Below, piece after piece: positions 52,003 to 62,782 of a stretch of DNA of 62,782 nt. The translations under genes were made by a program, and so were the position numbers. The stretch comes from an uncultured Arcanobacterium sp. (GTDB taxonomy: Bacteria > Actinomycetota > Actinomycetes > Actinomycetales > Actinomycetaceae), in assembly GCF_947253055.1 (NCBI RefSeq), contig NZ_CAMXYE010000001.1:1-62782 (forward strand), written 5' to 3'. Within the stretch, counting starts at the first letter, position 1. Every line of letters starts with the position of its first letter. The notes under the pieces were generated by a model, which saw only the letters and a program-made list of their open reading frames with translations, was not told the origin of the DNA and made no database searches.

Positions 52003-53793
52003 TTAGCTCTGCAGCTCGGCACAGAGATGATCACAAATCTCGGTATAAGCCACATTCTGGCTTTCGCCGCTCTGGCGAATACGCAGTTCTACTTCTCCTT
52101 GCGCCAGGCCGCGCCCGACTACTATTCCATAAGGAATACCGAGCAACTCAAAATCGTTAAATTTCACTCCCGCCGATACTTTCGTGCGGTCGTCATAAAT
52201 TACTTCGAGACCGCGCGCGCTGAGCTCTGTAGCAATTTTTTCTGCCGCCGCTGCGACTTCCGGATTTTTCCCGGCTGCAATGATATATACAGCAGCTGGA
52301 GCGATTTCTGCCGGCCAAATCAAACCTTTTTCGTCGTGATTCTGCTCTGCAAGTGCCGCTAAAACGCGTGAAACGCCGATTCCGTAAGAACCCATAGTGA
52401 CTACTGCCGGTTTGCCGTCTTTATCTAGCACCGTCAGATCTAAAGATTCTGAATACTTCCGCCCGAGCTGGAAGATATGGCCAATCTCGATGCCGCGTTC
52501 GATACTGAGCGGGCCACTTCCATCTGGAGCAGCGTCTCCTTCTTCTACGACTACTGCTTCTACCGTAGCGTCAGCAGTGAAATCTCTTCCGTATACGGTG
52601 TAGAAAAGGTGCTTCTCGTGGGCGTTTCCACCGCTTATCCAAGCTGATCCTGGCGCAATATGTGCATCGAGGAAGTAACGCACGGAGCCTACCGGTTGGC
52701 CATTTTCATCTTGCTGCCGCGCCGGCGAATTCGGACCCAATACTTCCGGGCCAATATAGCCGGGCACGAGCTCGGGGTGCTTTTCTAGATCTTCTGCACT
52801 CGCCATCTCCAGCTCTAGCGGAGCCATATTGGCTTCTAAGCGCTTAATATCTACTTCTCGATCTCCGGGGACTCCCACCACTATCACTTCGCGCTCCCCA
52901 TCGGGATGAATAGCTACCAAAGCCACATTCTTGAGCGTATCGGCTGCTTCCCAGGGGCGGTCCGAGCGCGGGCAGTTTTTGTTCGCCACTTCCACCAAGG
53001 CTTCGATAGTCATCGCCTCTGGAGTATCTATTAAAATTTGCGCCGGCACCTGCGAAAAATCGCAAGCAGGAAGTTCGGGAGTGGTCACAGCTTCCGTATT
53101 GGCTGCGTATCCGCCGGGCGAAGAAACGAAAGTATCTTCACCGATAGCGCAGGGGAAGAGAAATTCTTCGGAACGCGATCCGCCCATAGCTCCAGAAGTG
53201 GCAGAGCAGATTACGAAAGGCAATCCGAGGCGAGTGAAAATCTTCTGATAGGCTGCCCGCATTAGCTCATAGGCATGAGCCAAGCCGGCGTCCTCGACGT
53301 CGAAAGAATAGGCGTCTTTCATTAAGAATTCCCGGGTGCGAATCAATCCCGCCCGCGGGCGGGCCTCGTCGCGATATTTAGTTTGAATCTGATAAAGAAT
53401 TACTGGTAAATCACGGTAAGAAGAGTACATATCTTTTACCGCGAGGGTGAACATCTCTTCGTGCGTGGGTGCTAATAAATAGTCATTTTGGCGTCTATCT
53501 TGCAGACGGAAAAGATTCGCTCCGTATTCTTCCCAGCGATTAGTTTTTTCGTAGGGCTCCCGCGGAAGCAAAGCCGGCAGCAGCAATTCTTGCGCGCCCG
53601 CGGCGTCCATCTCTTCCCGCACTACTTGCTCTACTTTCCGCAGTACTTTCAATCCCAGCGGCAGCCAGCTATAGATACCGGGAGATACCCGGCGCACATA
53701 TCCAGCGCGCACGAGTAATTTATGCGAAGCTACCTCCGCATCAGCTGGATCTTCGCGAAGCGTTTTCAAAAAAAATTCAGACATTCTTTGCAC
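52003..53793 (-). CDS. proS: Proline--tRNA ligase (with editing insertion)
   Basis: [36 protein letters not shown] and MGSYGIG motifs; start GTG 53793 or 53799. Confidence 0.97.
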   Translation of the reverse strand: MQRMSEFFLKTLREDPADAEVASHKLLVRAGYVRRVSPGIYSWLPLGLKVLRKVEQVVREEMDAAGAQELLLPALLPREPYEKTNRWEEYGANLFRLQDRRQNDYLLAPTHEEMFTLAVKDMYSSYRDLPVILYQIQTKYRDEARPRAGLIRTREFLMKDAYSFDVEDAGLAHAYELMRAAYQKIFTRLGLPFVICSATSGAMGGSRSEEFLFPCAIGEDTFVSSPGGYAANTEAVTTPELPACDFSQVPAQILIDTPEAMTIEALVEVANKNCPRSDRPWEAADTLKNVALVAIHPDGEREVIVVGVPGDREVDIKRLEANMAPLELEMASAEDLEKHPELVPGYIGPEVLGPNSPARQQDENGQPVGSVRYFLDAHIAPGSAWISGGNAHEKHLFYTVYGRDFTADATVEAVVVEEGDAAPDGSGPLSIERGIEIGHIFQLGRKYSESLDLTVLDKDGKPAVVTMGSYGIGVSRVLAALAEQNHDEKGLIWPAEIAPAAVYIIAAGKNPEVAAAAEKIATELSARGLEVIYDDRTKVSAGVKFNDFELLGIPYGIVVGRGLAQGEVELRIRQSGESQNVAYTEICDHLCAELQS

Positions 53794-53900
53794 GCTCACA
53801 GTTTAGCGTGCTACCGCAAAATTCGCTTCTTTCTCCGATGTGAATACTGCGATATAAGATACGGATCGTAAAACCTCGCCAGAAATTAAAAGTAGTGGCG

Positions 53901-53954
53901 GCAGATATTAACGAGTGTGAGCAGATGTCAACGAGTATGAACGGATATCAACGA
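53901..53954. repeat. About 2.7 copies of a 20-bp tandem repeat
   Basis: gcagatattaacgagtgtga/gcagatgtcaacgagtatga/acggatatcaacga. Confidence 0.8.
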
Positions 53955-53976
53955 AGAGAAGTAGCGCTACAACTTT

Positions 53977-55152
53977 TTAGCGACGCGGCGCAGCAGTAAT
54001 AATTTCGGCGTGCGCCTCGGGAGCAGCTTGTAGCCCCAGTTCTTCTGCCACCACTCCGGCACGGCGAATAAGAGTTTCCACTATTTCGGATTCGGGCACC
54101 GTCTCCACAACTTTTCCACGCACAAAAATCTGACCTTTACCGTTTCCAGAAGCTACCCCCAGATCGGCTTCTCGAGCTTCGCCAGGGCCGTTCACCACAC
54201 ACCCCATCACCGCTACCCGCAGCGGGTATTTAATATCTTTTAGCCCCTCTTGGACTCGGTTAGCTAAGGTGTAGACGTCTACTTGCGCGCGCCCACAGGA
54301 GGGGCAGGAAACTATTTCCAGTTCTTTTTCCCTCAGATTCAAAGAACGCAGTATCTGCTCTCCCACTTTTATTTCTTCTACGGGCGGCGCCGAGAGAGAA
54401 ACACGAATCGTATCGCCAATTCCTTGTGATAGAAGTGCTCCGAAAGCGACAGCAGATTTCACAGTCCCCTGGAAAGAGGGGCCCGCCTCCGTCACGCCCA
54501 GATGTAAAGGCCAATCCCCTGCTTCGGAAAGGAGCTCGTAGGCTCTCACCATAACTACTGGATCGTGGTGCTTAACTGAAATAGCAAAATCGTAGAAACC
54601 CGCATCTTCAAAAAGGCGCGCTTCACTTACTGCCGATTCCACTAGAGCTTCCGGAGTGGCTTTCCCGTATTTCTTCAGTAACGCCGGATGCAGCGATCCC
54701 GCATTGATACCGATACGCATAGCGGTGCCGTTCGCATTGGCAGCGGCCGCTATTTCGGGAATTCGATCGTCGAATTTCTTAATATTTCCGGGATTTACCC
54801 GCACGCCACAGCCGGCATCGATGGCCGCAAATACGTAGCGCGGTTGAAAGTGAATATCTGCGATTACCGGAATAGTGGATTTTTCCACTAGAGTGGCCAA
54901 GGCCTCGGCGTCTTTATCGGTGGGGCAAGCTACGCGCACAATATCGCAACCAGCTGCCGTGAGCTCCGCGATTTGCTGCAAAGTGGCACCGATATTGTGC
55001 GTCTTAGTATTAGTCATAGACTGCACACTTATCGGGGCATCTCCCCCTACTTCTACCCCGCCTACAGAAATTTTCCGGGTCTTTTTTCGCTCTGCCAGCA
55101 CCGGAGCTGGTGCTTTTACCTCTGGCATTCCCAAATTAATCGGTGTACTCAC
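53977..55152 (-). CDS. ispG: HMBPP synthase (flavodoxin)
   Basis: ISVQSMT, IADIHF, RVNPGN, CPSCGR and [11 protein letters not shown] motifs. Confidence 0.97.
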   Translation of the reverse strand: MSTPINLGMPEVKAPAPVLAERKKTRKISVGGVEVGGDAPISVQSMTNTKTHNIGATLQQIAELTAAGCDIVRVACPTDKDAEALATLVEKSTIPVIADIHFQPRYVFAAIDAGCGVRVNPGNIKKFDDRIPEIAAAANANGTAMRIGINAGSLHPALLKKYGKATPEALVESAVSEARLFEDAGFYDFAISVKHHDPVVMVRAYELLSEAGDWPLHLGVTEAGPSFQGTVKSAVAFGALLSQGIGDTIRVSLSAPPVEEIKVGEQILRSLNLREKELEIVSCPSCGRAQVDVYTLANRVQEGLKDIKYPLRVAVMGCVVNGPGEAREADLGVASGNGKGQIFVRGKVVETVPESEIVETLIRRAGVVAEELGLQAAPEAHAEIITAAPRR

Positions 55153-55197
55153 GCTTCTATTATTCCACTCTCGTATAAAAACTCCACTTACGCAGAT

Positions 55198-56415
55198 TTA
55201 TCTGCCCTTTTCCTGCTTTATATAGTGCCAAGCGCGCTGGCGGGCCCAATCTTCACTGTGCAGTACTTCCGCCAAAGAAAGCGCGGGGGGAGCAGAAAAA
55301 TCTGTTAAAACTTTTTCCACGATTTCGGTAATAGCCAAATAAGCAAGCCGCTCACTCAAAAATGCATCTACGCATTCCTCATTAGCCGCATTTAAAACGG
55401 CAGGGTGGAGGGGCGATGCTGCTAGTGCCGCCCGCGCTAAATCCAAAGCGGGGAAAGTCTCGGAATCTACCGGCGCAAAGGTCCACTGAGTAGCCTTATC
55501 CCACTGGCAAGGGGCAGCGGCAGCCACTAAACGTTCTGGCCAGAAAAGCCCCAAGGCGATAGGGAGGCGCATATCCGGAGGGGAAGCTTGAGCAATCGTA
55601 GCTCCGTCTTGAAATTCCACCATGGAATGTACCACTGACTGTGGATGTACCACCGGCACAATATCTTGCGGCGGGATTGCAAAAAGATGGGCGGCTTCTA
55701 TGAGTTCTAAAGCCTTATTCATCAATGTAGAGGAGTTGATGGTCACCACTGCGCCCATATTCCAAGTCGGATGGGCCAGAGCCTGCTCCGGCGTGACTTC
55801 GGCCAGCTCAGAGCGTTTTTTCCCACGGAAAGGCCCTCCCGAAGCAGTGAGAATTAACCGCGTTACTTCCGAAGTGCCGTCTACCTCTGGAGAAACCAGC
55901 CCTTTACGGTGCCGGCCAGCACTTAAACATTGCGCTATCGCCGAATGCTCCGAATCCACCGGAACTATCTGCCCGGGGCGCTGCAGTGCCTCAGCTACTA
56001 ATTTTCCTCCCGCTACCAGCGATTCCTTATTAGCGAGCGCCAGAGTAGCTCCACTGTGTAAAGCCGCTAAAGTGGGGCCGAGCCCCCGCGAACCAGTAAT
56101 ACCATTTAGCACCACTGCCTGCGGAGAAGCTAGGGTGAGGAGATCTTCCATAGCTAGCGGGCCCGTAAAAATTTCCGGCAATTTCTGCCCGCCACTGCAA
56201 CTCTTATATTCACTTATAAAATCTTCCCGCTGCGCCGCATCGGCAATTCCCACGGCGGAGACGGAAAATTGAGCTGCCTGCGCGGCCAATAATTTTATAT
56301 GCCCGCCGCCGGCTCCCAGCGCTTTTACTTGGAAACAATCCCTATGTGCAGCAATTACTTCTAAAGCTTGCCGGCCAATAGAGCCAGTGGAGCCGAGTAG
56401 AATTACCGGCCGCAT
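55198..56415 (-). CDS. dxr: DXP reductoisomerase
   Basis: LGSTGSIG, LANKESLV, PVDSEHSA and LTASGGPFR motifs. Confidence 0.97.
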   Translation of the reverse strand: MRPVILLGSTGSIGRQALEVIAAHRDCFQVKALGAGGGHIKLLAAQAAQFSVSAVGIADAAQREDFISEYKSCSGGQKLPEIFTGPLAMEDLLTLASPQAVVLNGITGSRGLGPTLAALHSGATLALANKESLVAGGKLVAEALQRPGQIVPVDSEHSAIAQCLSAGRHRKGLVSPEVDGTSEVTRLILTASGGPFRGKKRSELAEVTPEQALAHPTWNMGAVVTINSSTLMNKALELIEAAHLFAIPPQDIVPVVHPQSVVHSMVEFQDGATIAQASPPDMRLPIALGLFWPERLVAAAAPCQWDKATQWTFAPVDSETFPALDLARAALAASPLHPAVLNAANEECVDAFLSERLAYLAITEIVEKVLTDFSAPPALSLAEVLHSEDWARQRAWHYIKQEKGR

Positions 56416-57018
56416 TTACTCTACCGCCATGAGCACATGGATTACGCGGTCTAAATAGACATCTACGACGCTTTCATCATAGGCATTATTCTTTCGAGCT
56501 GGCCGAAATACTGCTTTGCGCACTTCTTCCGATTTTAGCTGCGCTTTTCCGTCAAAATAGCTCGCAATCAGATCCAGTAATTTATCTACATCCGTCTTCA
56601 GATATCCTTTGCCAGAGGCATCGCGAAAACGTACCCCCGCCGGGCGCAACATCCGCGGATAAAGCGTAGTAGCCTGGGCGTAAATTTTTTCCAGCCACGC
56701 AGATTCTCCCTCGTCGAGCATTACCCGCGCGCGCTTACGCTGCAGAAAAGCTCCTTCGAGACGGTCAAGAGCCGCATCCACTTTATCGGGACGATATCCG
56801 CCGCGCACCCACCGAAAAGCCACATCACGGACGTTGCTTTCGTCGAATACCGGATTCTCTCCCGCCTTATCTTGATCTGAATCTACTGGATCATCAGCGG
56901 AAGTATCAGCATCTTTCCAAGCTGCATAGGCAATTTTTGCAGCAGAAAAGAAGCTATCTACATCTTTCACATGGTATCCGAAGCGAAAACGCCCTACTTT
57001 TTCAAAAGTCTCATTCAT
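56416..57018 (-). CDS. DivIVA-domain repeat protein
   Basis: Repeated GY...VD..LD motifs (GYHVKDVD, GYRPDKVDAALD, GYLKTDVD, AYDESVVD). Confidence 0.85.
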   Translation of the reverse strand: MNETFEKVGRFRFGYHVKDVDSFFSAAKIAYAAWKDADTSADDPVDSDQDKAGENPVFDESNVRDVAFRWVRGGYRPDKVDAALDRLEGAFLQRKRARVMLDEGESAWLEKIYAQATTLYPRMLRPAGVRFRDASGKGYLKTDVDKLLDLIASYFDGKAQLKSEEVRKAVFRPARKNNAYDESVVDVYLDRVIHVLMAVE

Positions 57019-57066
57019 TCTTGCACGGCCCAGCTCTCTACACTAAATAAAACTACTGCCAATATC

Positions 57067-58326
57067 TTAACTTTCCTTATGGAGAATACTATACAAGTTT
57101 TCCGGTGCTTCTCGGTGTTGCGCAATGCGGGAGTCTACTGCTTGTTGCGCCCGTGCCGCTTTGCGCGCTATATGCGCCGGATCTACTATTTCTGCTGCTA
57201 ACTGCCCACATGCTCCATCAATATCGGAACCACGCGTATCCCGAATTGTGGTGGATATCCCTGCCTGGCGCAGCGTATTTACAAATACTTTCTGCGCGGC
57301 CGGCGTGGAAGCTGTCCAAATGCTGCCCGGAGTAGGGTTGAGCGGAATCGGATTTATATGCGCCCAACCTTTACCCCGTTTATTTAACTCATGTGCAAGT
57401 AGCTCCGCTCGCCATTTGTGATCGTTCATATCTTTTATAAGTGCGTACTCTATCGATACCCGCCGCCCCGTTTTCCGAAAATAGGCGCGCGCCGCATCAA
57501 GTAGTTCTCCTACTTTGTAGTGGCTATTAATCGGAATTAGATCGTCGCGCAGTTCATCATCAGGAGCGTGCAAAGAAATAGCCAGGGTGACGGGGAGATT
57601 TTCTTGGGCAAGCCGCTCAATGCCGGGCACTATTCCCACGGTAGAAAGAGTGATATTACGAGCGGAAATTCCAAAGCCAGCCGGCGGCGGCTCTATTAAT
57701 CTATGCAGAGCCTGGATTACTGATTTGTAATTGGAAAGTGGCTCTCCCATCCCCATAAAAACCACATTGGAGATACGTTCCGGCGCTCCGAGAGCCCCGG
57801 AGCGAGCTATATTCATATTTAAACGCAGCTGCTCCACTATTTCGGCGGTGGAAAGATTTCGCATTAAACCGCCTTGCCCGGTGGCACAAAATGGGCAAGC
57901 CATGCCGCAGCCCGCCTGCGAAGATATACAGAGCGTAGAGCGATTTGGATACTTCATCAATACTGATTCCACTACCGCTCCGTCAAAAAGTTGCCAGAGA
58001 GTTTTTTGCGTTTTCCCTGCGTCTGCTTGCAAAGTGCGCAAAGGGTGCAATAGCGGAGGGAAAAACTGCTGCACCATTTCTGCGCGCTGGCCGGCCGGCA
58101 AATCTGGCATCTTTTCTGCGTCTACACAGGCATGTTGGAAATAGTGGGTGGAGAGCTGGGAGGCGCGAAAAGCGGAATAGCCGCAGCCACTAGCGGCATC
58201 TTTGCGCGCTGCCATATCTAAATCAGCTAGGTGTAGAGGTGGTTTACCACTCCGCCGCGCCGTAAAGCTGAGAGCTGGGCGCGGTCCTTTTTCTACCTTT
58301 GGGCGTACCTGCCGAGAATTCTCCAT
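57067..58326 (-). CDS. rlmN: Dual-specificity RNA methyltransferase RlmN
   Basis: CISSQAGCGMACPFCATG, MGMGEPL and DIDGACGQLA motifs. Confidence 0.96.
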   Translation of the reverse strand: MENSRQVRPKVEKGPRPALSFTARRSGKPPLHLADLDMAARKDAASGCGYSAFRASQLSTHYFQHACVDAEKMPDLPAGQRAEMVQQFFPPLLHPLRTLQADAGKTQKTLWQLFDGAVVESVLMKYPNRSTLCISSQAGCGMACPFCATGQGGLMRNLSTAEIVEQLRLNMNIARSGALGAPERISNVVFMGMGEPLSNYKSVIQALHRLIEPPPAGFGISARNITLSTVGIVPGIERLAQENLPVTLAISLHAPDDELRDDLIPINSHYKVGELLDAARAYFRKTGRRVSIEYALIKDMNDHKWRAELLAHELNKRGKGWAHINPIPLNPTPGSIWTASTPAAQKVFVNTLRQAGISTTIRDTRGSDIDGACGQLAAEIVDPAHIARKAARAQQAVDSRIAQHREAPENLYSILHKES

Positions 58327-58381
58327 TCTTATCACTCCCCCTCTCCAATTGGTATATAAAGCCAATTATCGGCTGCCAATA

Positions 58382-58453
58382 TTAGTGCTATATAAATGTA
58401 TTAGAGCTATATAAAGATGTTAGTGCTACATAAAGGTATTAATGCTGCATAAA
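58382..58453. repeat. Four repeats with 19-bp period including the cdsA stop region
   Basis: ttagtgctatataaa/ttagagctatataaa/ttagtgctacataaa/ttaatgctgcataaa. Confidence 0.85.
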
Positions 58454-59326
58454 AAAGAAAAGGCAATAGAATACCGGCGCACAGAAGAGCAGTGAATCTA
58501 AGCGGTCTAGCATACCGCCGTGCCCCGGAAAAATAGTGCCCATATCTTTAATTCCTAAATCGCGCTTTAGAGCCGATTCCGCGAAATCTCCCATGGTGGC
58601 CAAAGGCGGAGTGAGGAGGGCGAATACCCATACCCAACTCCAGCTTTTCCCGAGTAATAAGAATATACCGAGGAACGCCGCCAACAGGCACAACAGCAAA
58701 GACCCCAGCAATCCTTCCCAAGATTTTTTCGGAGAGATGCGCGGAAGAATCGGATGTTTACCGATGATAATTCCCAGCAGCCAACCGCCAGTATCACTGG
58801 CTACAGTAAGTAAAATAGCAGCCACAATCAGATGCGAGCCACCTGGTAAATCCAACATACTCAAGAGGAAGCAGCCCGCTAGTCCAATCCAGCCCAGCAT
58901 AAATACTCCGGCAGCTGTACCCCGTAAATTGCCGTTTTTCCTTATCAAAGCAATTGCGAGCAATAAGCCTGCTCCCAATAAGTAGCTGATTAACGCCGGT
59001 ACTATCCCCCAATAGGCGGTGAGGAATAGCATGAGAAGTTGCATAGGCAGTAAGGCTAGTAACGGAATGTGCACATTCCGAGTGAGGAAGGCGCCGGCCG
59101 CTTCCCAGAGAGCTATAGAAAGGAATACAACTCCCACCACGATGAAGCCATCTATCCAGAAAAAGAGCGTAAGCCCGAAAAGGCTCAACAAAATAACTGC
59201 CGTAGTGATGGCAGCGGGCAGATTGCGCCCCGCGCGCGAAGTCGAAGCTACCGGCGGTGCCGGCGGGCGCGGGCGCAACCGGTCATAAGCAGAGTGGAAA
59301 ACTTGGGAAATAGATGTTTTCGCCAT
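58439..59326 (-). CDS. cdsA: Phosphatidate cytidylyltransferase
   Basis: ISPKKSWEG and GDFAESALKRDLGIKDMG..FPGHGGMLDRLDS motifs. Confidence 0.96.
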   Translation of the reverse strand: MAKTSISQVFHSAYDRLRPRPPAPPVASTSRAGRNLPAAITTAVILLSLFGLTLFFWIDGFIVVGVVFLSIALWEAAGAFLTRNVHIPLLALLPMQLLMLFLTAYWGIVPALISYLLGAGLLLAIALIRKNGNLRGTAAGVFMLGWIGLAGCFLLSMLDLPGGSHLIVAAILLTVASDTGGWLLGIIIGKHPILPRISPKKSWEGLLGSLLLCLLAAFLGIFLLLGKSWSWVWVFALLTPPLATMGDFAESALKRDLGIKDMGTIFPGHGGMLDRLDSLLFCAPVFYCLFFFMQH

Positions 59327-59339
59327 AGTCTTAAAGCTG

Positions 59340-59897
59340 TCACAGCTCCATTAACTCATCAGTTTTTCCAGCTAATAATTCGTCTATTAAATCTGTATAT
59401 TTTTTCGTAAGCGTTTCGAGCTCTTTTTCTTTCCGCTCTACTGCGTCTTCTCCTTCATCGCCGTCTTTCTTCATCCGGTCTAGCTCTTCTTTAGCTTTCC
59501 GGCGAATACCGCGAATAGAGATTCGCCCTTCTTCCGCCTTTGTTTTCGCGATTTTCACATAATCACGCCGGCGCTCTTCGGTGAGCACTGGGATATTAAT
59601 GCGCAGCACTTGCCCATCATCTGTGGGGTTTACTCCTAAATCAGATTCCGAAATGGCTTTTTCAATATCTTTCATAGCTGAACGGTCGTAGGGAGTAATT
59701 AAAACACTCCGCGCTTCTGGCACCGACACGGTGGCCAGTTGCTGCAGTGGAGTAGGAACCCCGTAGTAATCAACTAACAGAGAAGTAAACATCTCTGAGT
59801 TGGCCCGCCCCGAGCGAATTTTAGAAAATTCGTTGCGCGCTGCTTCCACCGCTTTCTCCATTTTTTCTTCGGCTTCCCGCATTACTTCGTCAATCAT
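59340..59897 (-). CDS. frr: Ribosome recycling factor
   Basis: IRSGRAN, VDYYG.PTPL and P.LTEERR motifs. Confidence 0.98.
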   Translation of the reverse strand: MIDEVMREAEEKMEKAVEAARNEFSKIRSGRANSEMFTSLLVDYYGVPTPLQQLATVSVPEARSVLITPYDRSAMKDIEKAISESDLGVNPTDDGQVLRINIPVLTEERRRDYVKIAKTKAEEGRISIRGIRRKAKEELDRMKKDGDEGEDAVERKEKELETLTKKYTDLIDELLAGKTDELMEL

Positions 59898-60661
59898 AGT
59901 TCTTCCTCATTCTTAGCTTTATTACTTACCAAAGTACCAATTTTTTCCCCACGGAGTGCGCGCGTCACGTTCCCGGGTTCACTCATCCCAAATACCCGCA
60001 TCTTCATACCGTTATCCTGGCAAAGCGAAAATGCTGCGGCATCTACTACGCGCAAACCTTGCCGTATTGCATCTTCATAGGTAAGTGTATCAAGCTTCTT
60101 GGCATCCGGATGCTGGCGTGGATCGGCCGTATAAACGCCGTCTACCCCGTTCTTCCCCACCAGTAGTTCATCGCACCGCAGTTCTAGAGCGCGCTGCGCC
60201 GAAACCGTATCGGTAGAGAAGAAAGGCATTCCAGCGCCCGCTCCAAATATCACTACCCGACCTTTTTCTAGATGCCGAATAGCCCGCAAGGGAATATAGG
60301 CTTCGGCTACTTGTGCCATCGTAATGGCAGTTTGCACTCGGGTGGGGACGCCGGCGTGCTCAAGAAAATCTTGTAAAGCTACTGCATTTATTACCGTACC
60401 GAGCATTCCCATATAGTCCGCTCGGGATCTATCCATTCCGTTTTCTTGTAGCTCTGCACCGCGGAAAAAATTTCCGCCTCCCACTACTACTCCAACTTCT
60501 ATGCCTTCGTGTACGGCCGCCGCTATTTCACTGCTGATCCGTTCGAGTACTTTCGTATCTAATCCGACTTCCCCTCCCCCGAAAACTTCTCCGGAGAGTT
60601 TCAATAAAACTCGGCGCCGGTGCGGGGAATTTTTATCACTCGGTACGTTCTCAGCAGTCAT
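59894..60661 (-). CDS. pyrH: UMP kinase
   Basis: [25 protein letters not shown] and PFFSTD motifs. Confidence 0.98.
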   Translation of the reverse strand: MTAENVPSDKNSPHRRRVLLKLSGEVFGGGEVGLDTKVLERISSEIAAAVHEGIEVGVVVGGGNFFRGAELQENGMDRSRADYMGMLGTVINAVALQDFLEHAGVPTRVQTAITMAQVAEAYIPLRAIRHLEKGRVVIFGAGAGMPFFSTDTVSAQRALELRCDELLVGKNGVDGVYTADPRQHPDAKKLDTLTYEDAIRQGLRVVDAAAFSLCQDNGMKMRVFGMSEPGNVTRALRGEKIGTLVSNKAKNEEEL

Positions 60662-61065
60662 TCATATTCCTTTCTTTAGCACTCTCTCAAATAATACCTT
60701 ATGCCACCCGCACTGATAAGGAAAAACAGGGAAGAAATAGGCGATATTTCGCAAAAGGTAGCGTTATATAAAGAGCTCCGGAGCTGGCAAAAGTTCGCTC
60801 TCCCGCATCAAAATTCACTACCTTGCACATCACTGCCCCGCACCGAAATTCACTACCTCACACCAAATTCCGGATTTCGAAGCGCTCCCCCAAAAGTTTT
60901 CGTGATTTATCTCTTGTTGAGTGCCATCACAATTCTTCTTTTCCCTCCACCACGCTTTGCGTATTCGTCTTAGAATCCAAGTACAGGTGTTAGGTATTTA
61001 CATACGAAAATACCGAAAAGAAAACGAGATATTTTATTTGCTTGGGCACTAGTGCTGAGGGTTAC

Positions 61066-62616
61066 ATGGCGAGAGAAGAAATTACGGGGTACCAGATATC
61101 TACTACTAATCCGCGGGAAATTCGGATTCCTGGCTCGGAGCGTATCTTCGACCGCAATAAAATCCTGCTGGTGATTTTGGTGCCGCTGCTCATGACGCTT
61201 ATGCAGATTTCTTCTGTAAATAATATCTTGCCCACTATGCAGAGCGCTCTTTCTGCCAGCACTTCTCAACTACAATGGGTACTTTCCGGCTACGCACTTT
61301 CCCTCGGTATTACGCTGGTGCCAGCCGGCAGAATTGGCGATTTATTTGGCCGCTCTTCTACCTACATAGTAGGGCTAATTATCTTCACTTTCGCTTCGCT
61401 CCTCGTCGGGCTCTCCACCACGCCATTGCAATTAAATGTGCTGCGTTTCGTGCAGGGATTCGGCTCCGGAGTACTCTCTCCTCAAACTACCGGTTTAATT
61501 CAACAGTATTTTGCCGGCCGCGCCCGTGCGAAGGCTTTTGCTTTGTTCGGGCTGGTGATAGCAATGTCGGTGGCAATTGGGCCGCTTTTTTCCGGCTGGC
61601 TAGTCAGCTTTTTTGGTGAATCGCTGGGGTGGCGTCTCTCCTTTATTCTGAATGCACCTATTGGCGTAATCGGAATAATTTTTGGCCTGCTCTGGCTCCC
61701 TTTCGGCACGGAAAGAAATCATTTTCAAAAAGAAAAACGCGGGATAAAACGAAGGAAAGAACGCGGCGAAAAACGCCGAAACCGCTCCGCTCGCCCCAAG
61801 ATAGATTTAGATCCGCTCGGAATGCTGCTGCTCAGCTTGGCTGTACTGAGCATTATGCTGCCGTTTATGGTAAAAGCTGGGCCGGAAAAATGGTTAATCG
61901 TGCTGGGTGGATTCGCTCTTATGGCTCTGTGGGTGGTCTGGGAAAACTGGTATAAAAAGTGCGGGCGCACTCCGATGGTGGATTTAGATCTTTTTCGCAT
62001 CCCCACTTTTAGCTACGCTATGGGAATCTCCGTCTTTCAGTTCCTGGGCACTACCTCCATTTTCGTAATATTTGCGGTATTCCTGCAAGGTATAGGGGCC
62101 TCCGCATTGACAGTCGGCATGGTGACTTTCCCCAATGCGGTTTGCTCCGGCATAGGTGCACTGTGGGCAGGTAAATATGCCTATGATCACGGCCGCGGCA
62201 TTCAAGTAGCCGCCCTCTCCCTCATCATCCTGGGGATACTCGGAATCATCGGAACCACTTGGGCAGTGCAGAGCGGAATTTCTTACTGGTGGCTGGCCGT
62301 GCCGCTGTGCCTACTAGGATTCGGTACCGGCTGTATGGGGTCAGCCAACCAAACTCAAGCTATGCTAGATGTACCACCGGCGCACGGAGGTACCGCGGGC
62401 GGAGTAATGCAGACTGGGCAGCGTCTCGCTACCGCAATCGGAAATGCCATAATCACTGCCGTATTTTTTGCCTTAGCGGGAGCCGGAAAGAGATCGGCTT
62501 TACCGGAGCTCTATCGCGGTATCACGGCCGCTTACTTAGTGGTAGCAGCGATGGTGACGGCGGGGTTAATTCTGGCAATTATATTTTGGCACAAAGGCCG
62601 CGTGAAGCAGAAGTAG
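61066..62616 (+). CDS. MFS transporter, DHA2/14-TM efflux type
   Basis: LQWVLSGY, GRIGDLFGR motif A, RFVQGFG and PMVDLDLFR motifs. Confidence 0.9.
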   Translation: MAREEITGYQISTTNPREIRIPGSERIFDRNKILLVILVPLLMTLMQISSVNNILPTMQSALSASTSQLQWVLSGYALSLGITLVPAGRIGDLFGRSSTYIVGLIIFTFASLLVGLSTTPLQLNVLRFVQGFGSGVLSPQTTGLIQQYFAGRARAKAFALFGLVIAMSVAIGPLFSGWLVSFFGESLGWRLSFILNAPIGVIGIIFGLLWLPFGTERNHFQKEKRGIKRRKERGEKRRNRSARPKIDLDPLGMLLLSLAVLSIMLPFMVKAGPEKWLIVLGGFALMALWVVWENWYKKCGRTPMVDLDLFRIPTFSYAMGISVFQFLGTTSIFVIFAVFLQGIGASALTVGMVTFPNAVCSGIGALWAGKYAYDHGRGIQVAALSLIILGILGIIGTTWAVQSGISYWWLAVPLCLLGFGTGCMGSANQTQAMLDVPPAHGGTAGGVMQTGQRLATAIGNAIITAVFFALAGAGKRSALPELYRGITAAYLVVAAMVTAGLILAIIFWHKGRVKQK

Positions 62617-62733
62617 ACGCAGATATAGAATCAGGAACTATCAGAATAGAGACAGAGATACAGGGCGCATATCTAGATATAAAAGCAGGTAATTATAAGA
62701 TACGGCGGCGCCGGAACCGTGACTAGGTATAAG

Positions 62734-62769
62734 AGATGCGGGTGGAATTTTCCAATTCCACCCGCATCT
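62734..62769. terminator. Strong hairpin, probably a terminator after the MFS gene (possibly bidirectional)
   Basis: Perfect 16-bp inverted repeat agatgcgggtggaatt-ttcc-aattccacccgcatct. Confidence 0.85.
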
Positions 62770-62782
62770 GCAATATCGCTAA

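Noticed and set aside
55622..56272. 216-aa plus-strand ORF
   Set aside because: Antisense shadow of dxr
60970..61269. 99-aa minus-strand ORF with His/Gln runs
   Set aside because: Antisense shadow of the hydrophobic MFS N-terminus
1..62782. tRNA, rRNA, IS elements, prophage or defence systems
   Set aside because: All long ORFs are explained as housekeeping or small accessory genes; no transposase, integrase or tRNA-like sequence seen by eye (tRNAscan/Infernal not run)

Overview
Core-genome (housekeeping) segment of a roughly 50% GC actinobacterium. Gene content and order suggest Actinomycetaceae (inference). Most genes lie on the minus strand. From left to right: dcw cluster (partial murG, ftsW, murD, mraY, murF, ftsI, ftsL, rsmH, mraZ, with no murE), DUF3040, dinB, PAC2, a HelD-type ATPase, serA, an acyl-CoA ligase, nrdR, an SOS-box-controlled membrane protein divergent from lexA, dinG, hflX, a methyltransferase, miaA/miaB, recX/recA, clgR-like/cinA/pgsA, ftsK, rnj, dapA/dapB, an M16 peptidase, pnp, rpsO, ribF, a small Cys-rich gene plus DUF421, truB-rbfA-infB-nusA-rimP, proS, ispG, dxr, a DivIVA-repeat protein, rlmN, cdsA, frr, pyrH and an MFS transporter. 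I saw no rRNA, tRNA, CRISPR array, IS element or prophage, and no clear multi-gene novel system. The most interesting signals are small: (1) three ATGA-coupled micro-ORFs in the infB leader; (2) a metallothionein-like Cys-rich gene with DUF421 inserted between truB and ribF; (3) a LysM-less DivS-like candidate with four SOS boxes; (4) a histone-H1-like repeat tail on DinG; (5) a possible ATA/ATT start for hflX; (6) repeated tandem duplication of stop-codon regions; (7) absence of murE, dapF, ylxR and the M50 protease gene from their usual positions. All calls come from motif recognition and synteny knowledge; no searches were run.
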